From Candidatus Micrarchaeota archaeon (lineage in GTDB: Archaea; Micrarchaeota; Micrarchaeia; Anstonellales; J096), in the NCBI GenBank assembly GCA_027024255.1, contig JALVSQ010000034.1:34194-73379 (forward strand): DNA of 39,186 nucleotides. The letters run 5' to 3'. Below the pieces are notes generated by a model. The model saw nothing but the letters and a program-made list of their open reading frames with translations. It made no database searches and had not been told where the DNA came from. A program made the position numbers and the translations under genes. Below are positions 32,950 to 39,186 of this stretch, piece by piece; position 1 is the stretch's first letter, and each line of letters starts with the position of its first letter.

Positions 32950-33631
32950 CAACAGTTCCTCCATGTTTTTTTCCTTTTATTGCATTCTCAATATCTTTGA
33001 GGTTCTTTCCTACAAAATGAATCTCTAATCTGCTTCTCATGGCAAGCTTTATTGCCACAACATCAAATATGAAGTGCTGGCCTGCTTTTCTTTTATCTGC
33101 TTGTAGAGCCATTTTATAGAATTCGTTTATGCTTAACTTGCTGAATTTCTTTGCTTTAAACCTGCTGGGGTCTTTATCATAAACACCATCTACATTACTT
33201 ATGTTGATAATTCTCTTTGCATTTATCTTTTCAGCAAGTAAAACAGCATCAGCATCGGTTGTTATGCCCGGGATTGTTCCACCCATAACAACCCTATCAA
33301 ATAATTTAAGGGCTATGCTTGCCTCCTCAAATGTTTCAGGGATTTTTGGATAAACATCTTTAAGGCATGCTTTTACGAGCATGGCATTTTGCCTTGTTTC
33401 TTCTATTGCTACAATATCACTCTCATATTCATTACCGCCTAATAGCCTTATTGCTTTTGCATACTCCCTTGCATAAGCTCCTCCACCAACTAAAATAGCG
33501 AGCTTTCCTCTGAAAGAGTTGAAAACTCTGCAAACCTTCTTTACAAAGCTTACATCTGGCCTGCCCGGATTTACAACACTACCCCCAAGAGATACAACTG
33601 CTTTAGCTAACATTCCAGACAACCCCATCAT
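32927..33631 (-). CDS. pyrH: UMP kinase, archaeal type
   Basis: VVSLGGSVV..., ILVGGGAYAREYA, ETRQNAMLV, and GGTIPGITTDADAVLLAEK. The exact start is uncertain because the 5' end overlaps the upstream gene. Confidence 0.85.
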   Translation of the reverse strand: MMGLSGMLAKAVVSLGGSVVNPGRPDVSFVKKVCRVFNSFRGKLAILVGGGAYAREYAKAIRLLGGNEYESDIVAIEETRQNAMLVKACLKDVYPKIPETFEEASIALKLFDRVVMGGTIPGITTDADAVLLAEKINAKRIINISNVDGVYDKDPSRFKAKKFSKLSINEFYKMALQADKRKAGQHFIFDVVAIKLAMRSRLEIHFVGKNLKDIENAIKGKKHGGTVVSASSSS

Positions 33632-34562
33632 AGTTTATCCTTGTTCCGTTGTTCCATACTTTGAATAAACCTATCTTCTTTATTCTCGCATATTCTTCAA
33701 AGAACTGCCTTGCATCTGTGCCTATTGCAGAAACATCTTCTTTGTAGCCATCAACCACTATAAATTTGGGCTTTATTTTATCAAACAACAGGGTTACAGG
33801 CCCTGGTGTTATGTCCATGCCGTAGTTTGGAGCTTCCACTCCATTTACTTCTTCCAGTTTTACATAGGCATTTACCTTTTGAATTTCCCCATCTACTGCA
33901 TCTGTCAGGAAAAGGAAAGAGAAGTTTCTGTCCTGCAACAGCATTATTATTGCATTGTTGTTTGCTCCGCTTAAAGAATCATCAGGAAACGGAGCAATGA
34001 ATTTGAATGTTATGCCGTTGTATTTGAGAAGGTCTCCGTTCTTTGCTTTTATAACCTCAATACCATTTGATTTGAACATGCTCTCTATTTCATTTATTCT
34101 TTCAGACTCAAAATCAGGCAGTACAACTTTGCCTATATTTACTGCTTTAATCAACTTACTTACATCATCTGCGTTTATTTCAGAAGGGATTATAAGCAAC
34201 TCAACATCATCAGCATTTGAGGCAAGATAGCTTATCCCTTTTTGGTAGTTTTCATGAGGGACCGAGTAGATTACAGCATTGAAATCCTCTTTGCTTATCA
34301 TTATCAACCTTCCGTTCTTTCCTCCATAACCTACATCGTAAAATCTTATTGATAAAGGGGCATCGGGATTGTTTATGTAATCCATTACATCATAGCTAAA
34401 ATCATCATTTTCCTCGTTCACTTCTTTCTCTTCCTGAATTGTTTTGTTTTCTTCCTTTACTATCTTTACCTCTCCACTTATGTTTTTATCCTCGCTTACT
34501 TCAGGCTGGGAAATACATCCAAGGAGTAAGGCAAGAGCAACAATAAATAATAACCATCTCAT
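33603..34562 (-). CDS. predicted lipoprotein with a ComEC-like metallo-beta-lactamase-fold domain lacking the metal ligands
   Basis: Signal plus lipobox MRWLLFIVALALLLGC. The body aligns by eye with the ComEC C-terminal MBL layout: FYDVGYGG versus flDVGQGD, NNNAIIMLL...FLFLTDA versus NNxSlvl...lLltGD, and VEAPNYGM versus lkvgHHGS. The HxHxDH and HHGS-type His/Asp positions are replaced. Confidence 0.45.
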   Translation of the reverse strand: MRWLLFIVALALLLGCISQPEVSEDKNISGEVKIVKEENKTIQEEKEVNEENDDFSYDVMDYINNPDAPLSIRFYDVGYGGKNGRLIMISKEDFNAVIYSVPHENYQKGISYLASNADDVELLIIPSEINADDVSKLIKAVNIGKVVLPDFESERINEIESMFKSNGIEVIKAKNGDLLKYNGITFKFIAPFPDDSLSGANNNAIIMLLQDRNFSFLFLTDAVDGEIQKVNAYVKLEEVNGVEAPNYGMDITPGPVTLLFDKIKPKFIVVDGYKEDVSAIGTDARQFFEEYARIKKIGLFKVWNNGTRINYDGVVWNVS

Positions 34563-34656
34563 GGTTAAAATTTTGCATAACTCATTTAATAACCTTTTGG
34601 GAAATTTGAGTTAAGATTAAAAACCTTTCTTTGAGAATGGGCTTTCAGGTGAGAGT

Positions 34657-34746
34657 ATGCTCTGGATGGATGATGAAGAGGACTTTGATTGGGAAGATGA
34701 TGAGGACTGGGATGAGGAAGAGGATGAAGAGGACTTTGAGTTTTAA
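34657..34746 (+). CDS. 29-aa hyper-acidic micro-ORF (MLWMDDEEDFDWEDDEDWDEEEDEEDFEF)
   Basis: Manual translation. GGTGAG lies 3 nt upstream of the ATG, a TATA-like attaaaaac lies about 37 nt upstream, and T-rich tracts follow the stop. It is too short for the ORF track. Confidence 0.4.
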   Translation: MLWMDDEEDFDWEDDEDWDEEEDEEDFEF

Positions 34747-34811
34747 CAGAATTTTATTTTTCTTCTTTTACTTTTTAGCTTAATTAAATAAAAAATTTAG
34801 GGAGATTCACT

Positions 34812-35951
34812 TTACACCATATAACTCATAGCTTCTTCAACCCTCTGCTTTGCTATGGTCAATGCAGGTTTCCTCATATTTCTCTCTCCTTTTTCCAATC
34901 CAAGTTCAAGGACCTTTCTTGTGTTTCTCCTTATTTTGTATTCTACAAGCTCAAACATCTTCTCGGGTGTGTAATGGAGGAGTTCAGCATAAGAGCTTAT
35001 AACACCTCCTGCATTAACCAGAAAGTCAGGCAGTATGTAAGTCCCTTTTTTTGCCAGCTTATCCTCAATTTCCTCTGTTGCAGGTATGTTTGCTGCCTCA
35101 ACAATGTACTTTGCCTTTATCTTATCAACATTACCTTCATTTATTACATGAGGTCTTGCTCCAGGTATTAGTATATCAACTTCCAGTTCAAATAGCTCTT
35201 TTGGCATTCCTTTTTTCTCTGCATTAGCATAAGCATCAACCCTTCCTTTCTCTTTCTTTACTTTCATCAACTCATTGTAATCCAGCCCTTTACTGTTGTA
35301 AACAAAGCCTTTTGAATCCGAAACTGCAACTACATTTAACCCCATCTCTGTTAGGAACTTCATTGTAAATGTACCAACATTTCCAAATCCTTCAATTGCA
35401 ACGCTTAAGTTTTTATCCAATCCCAGGACTTTAATCATCTCTTCAATGGCTTTAGCAACACCAAATCCTGTTGAACCGAGTTCGTGAGGTAATCCTCCAA
35501 GAGTAGATGGTTTTCCTGTCACCGCGTTAAATCCTGCTTCATAGGCAACAATAGCCATCTCCTTTTCTCCCATGTACATGTCAGGCCCTGCTATGTACAC
35601 AGTGCCTAAATAAGGCTTCAAAAGCCTTGCAAATGCTTTTATTGCCTTCTTTTTATCAATGCCTTCCTTTGCCTTTATACCTGCTTTCGCTCCTCCAAAA
35701 GGCAACTCTGCCAGAGCATTCTTCCACGTCATTGCTCTTGCCAGCCCTGCAACCTCCTCCTTTGTTATGTCCCTTACAAATCTTATTCCTCCTTTTCCAG
35801 GTCCCCTTGCTGTGTTGTCAACAACAAGAACGCCTTCCATGCCTGTGTTGGAGTCATAAACCTCTACTATCCTTTCTGGTCCGTATTTATCCTTTGTGAG
35901 CATGAACCAACTTTTTTCAAAAGAATTTTTAAACATTTCCCAAAATTCCAT
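34812..35951 (-). CDS. Glu/Leu/Phe/Val dehydrogenase family protein (glutamate dehydrogenase-like, short form)
   Basis: Catalytic GPGKGGIRF, the dinucleotide fold IEGFGNVGTF and GGVISSYAE. The first 82 codons of the track ORF are rejected (see findings). The start is at 35951 (MEFWEMF) or 35936 (MFKNSF). Confidence 0.85.
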   Translation of the reverse strand: MEFWEMFKNSFEKSWFMLTKDKYGPERIVEVYDSNTGMEGVLVVDNTARGPGKGGIRFVRDITKEEVAGLARAMTWKNALAELPFGGAKAGIKAKEGIDKKKAIKAFARLLKPYLGTVYIAGPDMYMGEKEMAIVAYEAGFNAVTGKPSTLGGLPHELGSTGFGVAKAIEEMIKVLGLDKNLSVAIEGFGNVGTFTMKFLTEMGLNVVAVSDSKGFVYNSKGLDYNELMKVKKEKGRVDAYANAEKKGMPKELFELEVDILIPGARPHVINEGNVDKIKAKYIVEAANIPATEEIEDKLAKKGTYILPDFLVNAGGVISSYAELLHYTPEKMFELVEYKIRRNTRKVLELGLEKGERNMRKPALTIAKQRVEEAMSYMV

Positions 35952-35954
35952 CAC

Positions 35955-35963
35955 ATTTATAAA
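35955..35963. promoter_or_regulatory. palindromic TATA-like element between the dehydrogenase gene and the divergent 78-aa ORF
   Basis: atttataaa is centred about 30 nt upstream of the plus-strand ATG (35989) and about 23 nt upstream of the minus-strand ATG at 35936. Confidence 0.35.
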
Positions 35964-35988
35964 CCTTTCTTTGAAAGAAAACGCAGCA

Positions 35989-36225
35989 ATGCCCAGAAAA
36001 CTTGTTGTTGAAATTGAAGTTGGGGGAACCCTGCAGAAGATTTCACTCAACATTATTGAAGAGCAAACTCCTTTTGGAAAATACAAACTTTTAGATGCAA
36101 GAGAGTTCTCAATTCCCCAAAAGGAGCTGTTGAGGATTGCCAGGGAAACAGGATATCCTGTTATAAGTAAGGAGGGTAAATTCTTTCCTCCAAACAAGAC
36201 AGCCAGAGATTTAGTTAAGAGATGA
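35989..36225 (+). CDS. small hypothetical protein (78 aa)
   Basis: MPRKLVVEIEVGGTLQKISLNIIEEQTPFGKYKLLDAREFSIPQKELLRIARETGYPVISKEGKFFPPNKTARDLVKR has a balanced, protein-like composition. It has its own TATA spacing and occupies what would otherwise be a gap between the dehydrogenase gene and thyX. Confidence 0.45.
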   Translation: MPRKLVVEIEVGGTLQKISLNIIEEQTPFGKYKLLDAREFSIPQKELLRIARETGYPVISKEGKFFPPNKTARDLVKR

Positions 36226-37779
36226 ACCGTATTTTTTCTTAAGCTCTTCTATCTTTTTATCTATCCTTACCTCGGCATTTATTCTTTCCAGGCTTACCTT
36301 TTTTCTATTAACAAATTTCATATCTCCAATAATAGGATGCACTTTCTTTATTTCATCAGCTATTTTTATAGCAATCCTTCTATAATCTGGATGACCCTGT
36401 TCGGAGCTCCTTAACTCACATAGATGGAATGCTTCTCTCAAATTCAGGTGGAATAGAAATCTTACTCTATAAGCAAAGGGCACAACATACTGGGCTTCAT
36501 AAGGCAGCTCCTTCCTTATTTTATAGTAAAGCTCAGCACTTCTTTCCATTGCCTCCTTCCATGTTTTTTCTTCTCCTATCTCACTTATTTCCTCAGGCAT
36601 ATCATAACCCAAATCAACTGTTAGGTTTTGCCTCATCTGGGTTAGGATCCTGTGCCTCTGTAAATCTCTATAGGCTCCAAAATTGGCTATTATATCAAAA
36701 GTATAACTGATTAATTCAAATGCTCTGTGTGGTTTATGCCTTCTATTCTTCCTGAAAGAAAAGTAAGTTCTTATTAAATCCACTTTCTCATCTTTACTCA
36801 TCTTTTCTGCTATGCTCAATGCTTCTTCATAACTTAAAGATGAGAAAGCATAGATGATGCCTGCGATAACATCATCCTCACTTCCTTTAACTTTGACCAG
36901 CTTTACAAATTCACCATTGCCTGTGGAGTTAAGCGAAGAAAACTTTGTAAATAATTCTCTTTCTTTCTTGAAAAATTCTACCCACATGTCTCCATGCTTT
37001 GAGAATGCTCTTTTTACAAACTTTGGCAAAACTTTCCTTATTTCATCATGCATTTTTTCAGCAATCTCGTTTAGCTCTTTCAATGGAGAAGCTCTTAGTT
37101 TTATTATTAAGTATTCAAATGCCCTTCCGTTCCCTGCAAGCCCGAGGTTTGTTAGTGTGCTTGCTGGCAATAAGCCCCTCAACACATCGCATGTCTTTGC
37201 CTTTATTGCAGAGTTATAAGCTCTTTCACTTACACCTTCTTCTCTTGGAAACTTCTCTTTCAGATAATCGTTTAAAGGTTTTATGAGGTTTGAGTATGTA
37301 TCAAATAAAAAGTCCATCACCTCTTCATACTCCTCTCCAAATTTTTCCATTATTCTTGGCTCTCTATAATATTTGTATTTTCCACCCTCTTTTTTATCAA
37401 AATACACATACCTTGTGCTTTTTTCGAGAGGGGATATTCCTATTCTTGCATCTTCGAGTGCTTTTGTTGCTATATTGCTCACATTCTCAATACCAACATG
37501 GATGAAGGCCAGCTCTGCCACGCTATCATCGCCATAGCCTATCAACACCCTTTCATAAAATTCCTCTGCCTTTTCTTTGTTTACATTCCCATCCAGAATG
37601 CCGAGGTCTTTATTTGAGAGAAATTCAGTTAAGAGCAATTCCTTTAAGCTTTTATCACTTCTACTATACCTTGAAAACAATGTGCCTTTTACAACCTCTG
37701 GCAGGTTTGTTAGCACAAATATATTTCCATTTGGGTTGGATATGTATCTGGATAAAACATCTTCGTCCATTTTACTCAC
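36211..37779 (-). CDS. thyX: flavin-dependent thymidylate synthase ThyX, long (522 aa) two-module form
   Basis: ThyX signature RHR (YRDLQRHRILTQ) in the C-terminal module, LFSRYSRS near the N-terminus, and ELRSSEQGHPDYR. The length is about twice that of a single ThyX domain. Confidence 0.75.
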   Translation of the reverse strand: MSKMDEDVLSRYISNPNGNIFVLTNLPEVVKGTLFSRYSRSDKSLKELLLTEFLSNKDLGILDGNVNKEKAEEFYERVLIGYGDDSVAELAFIHVGIENVSNIATKALEDARIGISPLEKSTRYVYFDKKEGGKYKYYREPRIMEKFGEEYEEVMDFLFDTYSNLIKPLNDYLKEKFPREEGVSERAYNSAIKAKTCDVLRGLLPASTLTNLGLAGNGRAFEYLIIKLRASPLKELNEIAEKMHDEIRKVLPKFVKRAFSKHGDMWVEFFKKERELFTKFSSLNSTGNGEFVKLVKVKGSEDDVIAGIIYAFSSLSYEEALSIAEKMSKDEKVDLIRTYFSFRKNRRHKPHRAFELISYTFDIIANFGAYRDLQRHRILTQMRQNLTVDLGYDMPEEISEIGEEKTWKEAMERSAELYYKIRKELPYEAQYVVPFAYRVRFLFHLNLREAFHLCELRSSEQGHPDYRRIAIKIADEIKKVHPIIGDMKFVNRKKVSLERINAEVRIDKKIEELKKKYGSSLN

Positions 37780-38044
37780 TCATAAGCTTTTTCAGATTTT
37801 CTGATTGGGATTTGTTTGCTTTTACTATAACAATTCTTTCTTCGTCTATTTTGCCTATTGCTACAACTGTTTCGCTGTCTATTTCAACTTCTTTCAGCTC
37901 ATCTCCGCCAAGCTCGAATAAATAAGCCAGGCTGTTAAATATATCCACATATTCTTCAGAACTAATTGAGCCTTCGATTACCTTACCTTTTCTATCTACA
38001 ATTGCATATTCAAATCCAGATTCTCTAATTCTGCTTATCTCCAT
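37772..38044 (-). CDS. Roadblock/LC7 (MglB-like) domain protein
   Basis: A 90-aa alpha-beta pattern (GFEYAIVDRKGKVIEGS ... LKEVEIDSETVVAIGKIDEERIVIVKA) typical of the Roadblock fold. The 3' end overlaps the thyX start by 8 nt. Confidence 0.45.
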   Translation of the reverse strand: MEISRIRESGFEYAIVDRKGKVIEGSISSEEYVDIFNSLAYLFELGGDELKEVEIDSETVVAIGKIDEERIVIVKANKSQSENLKKLMSE

Positions 38045-38053
38045 TCTTTCACC

Positions 38054-38728
38054 TCACAATATTGAGATTCCATTGCCTGTAACAGCAAATGATATTGGAA
38101 AGGGCAGAAATGAGGATTTAATTACCCATTCTCCGTCTTTTTCTATGTTAAACACATAATCACAGCTCCTCAATATCAAATTCAGGTTTGATTCATCGTG
38201 CAACCCTTTTTCAAGCAGAATCATAACAACTCCATTCCTTTCTTTGATTCTGCCTTCAATTACCTGAAAAAACTTCATCATTGAGTCAATGGGATTGTAG
38301 AGCAAGAGGGTTGAGAATGAATGAAAGAAGAATTTAGGTGTCTGCCATGGCTGAATTGTTTGAAGAACCTTGTTTAATTCTAATGAAATATCGTTCAGGG
38401 CAGTTGGTCCCTCTATCATCACATCGTTTTCACTTACCCTTATGCCTGCCTGTTTTGAGTAGCCATCAAAGAACTTCTCAACATTTAAGCTTATTGAATA
38501 CTCTTTGGCCTTTTCTTTAATCTCCTTTGGGCTCATATCAAATGTTAAGTAGTAGTTCTTTGTGTTTGCAGAAGACATAAAGTGCAGGCCAAACAGTGTT
38601 TTCTCAAAACCCACAGGCCCAAGTATGGCTACACTGCTTGATTTATCAAATCCACCTTCCATTATTACATCAAGGTCTTCAATGCCTGTTGAAACCTTCC
38701 CTTCTTTGAACAGGTATTTTTCTTCCAT
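38054..38728 (-). CDS. KaiC/RecA-superfamily (COG0467-like) protein with degenerate Walker motifs
   Basis: STGIEDLDVIMEGGFDKSSSVAILGPVGFEKTLFGLHF matches the KaiC-like N-terminal layout. However, Walker A is GPVGFEKT rather than GxxGxGKT, and the Walker B position reads FFFHSF (no Asp). Confidence 0.6.
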   Translation of the reverse strand: MEEKYLFKEGKVSTGIEDLDVIMEGGFDKSSSVAILGPVGFEKTLFGLHFMSSANTKNYYLTFDMSPKEIKEKAKEYSISLNVEKFFDGYSKQAGIRVSENDVMIEGPTALNDISLELNKVLQTIQPWQTPKFFFHSFSTLLLYNPIDSMMKFFQVIEGRIKERNGVVMILLEKGLHDESNLNLILRSCDYVFNIEKDGEWVIKSSFLPFPISFAVTGNGISIL

Positions 38729-38750
38729 AAGTGTAAGATTAAAGGAACTA

Positions 38751-39186
38751 TTAAAAAATGTAATTGTTCAGAATTTGCTTTATTTTCTCATTCAACAGCT
38801 TAACATCATCTGCAACTGTTTCTTCTACTACGGGTATATTAGATGATTTCTTTTTGCCAAGCTTTACATATACCAGGCCATATTCTATAAATTTATTTAT
38901 CACTTTGCTCCTTTTCGTTGCTGTTTTTATATCAACATTGTAGTCAAGGAAGACTTTGGCAACAGGAAGATTTATGCCTTCTTTTGAAGGAATAAAGAGC
39001 TTTACCCTTGTTATCATTTCAAACCTTTTTGGAGCCACTGGTTTTGTTATATCTCCAAGGATTTCGCTTATTTTTCTGGCGTTTTTTTCCTCTGGCTTTA
39101 CAAGTCCCATTTCATATTTGTGCAGTGTGTGAATGGAGATACCCGTTTCTTTTGAAAGTCTTGCCAGACTTATATTCTTCTTTTCT
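38751..39186 (-). CDS. XRE-family HTH protein, 5'-truncated by the window edge
   Basis: The frame stays open to the window end. Upstream of the track's Met it reads KKNISLARLSKETGISIHTLHKYEMGLVKPEEKNARKI, an HTH_3/XRE motif. Confidence 0.65.
   Translation of the reverse strand, partial: EKKNISLARLSKETGISIHTLHKYEMGLVKPEEKNARKISEILGDITKPVAPKRFEMITRVKLFIPSKEGINLPVAKVFLDYNVDIKTATKRSKVINKFIEYGLVYVKLGKKKSSNIPVVEETVADDVKLLNEKIKQILNNYIF

Noticed and set aside
34637-34783. An alternative 48-aa basic frame (MGFQVRVCSGWMMKRTLIGKMMRTGMRKRMKR…) overlapping the acidic micro-ORF.
   Set aside because: It has no Shine-Dalgarno, its ATG lies upstream of the transcription start predicted from the TATA-like element, and its tail is a poly-Phe reading of the T-rich terminator region.
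36429-37925. Plus-strand ORFs opposite thyX and the Roadblock-like gene (36429-36710, 36854-37219, 36999-37286, 37290-37505, 37577-37804, 37614-37925).
   Set aside because: They are antisense to a continuous 522-aa ORF carrying the ThyX RHR motif. Their sequences are low-complexity and Leu/Ser/Phe-rich.

Overview
The window is a compact, AT-rich (roughly 37-38% GC by eye) archaeal chromosome segment, mostly organised as tightly packed minus-strand operons. The archaeal origin is shown by the rpl7ae-rps28e-rpl24e-ndk cluster, the L1-P0-P1 stalk operon, RadA, the proteasome alpha subunit, an archaeal-type ThrRS and an archaeal UMP kinase. Many genes have either a TATA-like box about 25 nt upstream of the ATG (leaderless spacing) or a GGTG-type Shine-Dalgarno. 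Other housekeeping genes are transketolase, dUTPase-family, enolase, a Glu/Leu-type dehydrogenase and a long ThyX. These blocks alternate with envelope or host-interaction-type genes, a mix that looks like a small-genome, possibly DPANN-like, episymbiotic archaeon; that reading is inference only.

The most unusual content, in rough order of interest:
1. An orphan giant ORF of about 2,175 aa (7554-14081). It has a signal peptide, a small Cys-containing ectodomain, a TM helix, a helical region of about 1,700 aa, a Gly/aromatic-rich C-terminal membrane module and a terminal CPxC...CPxC zinc ribbon. It is flanked by a tiny repeat-containing poly-Lys protein and an orphan 244-aa ORF.
2. A seven-gene, translationally coupled type IV pilus-like operon (16188-22816). 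It includes three pilin-like proteins with almost no leader peptide, one of them a 47-aa ORF missing from the ORF track.
3. A bacterial-type family-1 lytic transglycosylase fused to LysM repeats, with no signal peptide.
4. A perfect 64-bp tandem duplication with hairpins in an intergenic region.
5. Three uncharacterised genes appended to the L1-P0-P1 operon.
6. An apparently catalytically dead ComEC-like metallo-beta-lactamase lipoprotein.
7. An HTH / degenerate KaiC-like / Roadblock-like module fused operonically to thyX.

I saw no CRISPR array, transposase, integrase or rRNA gene. All family calls rest on motif recognition by eye; no database search was run.
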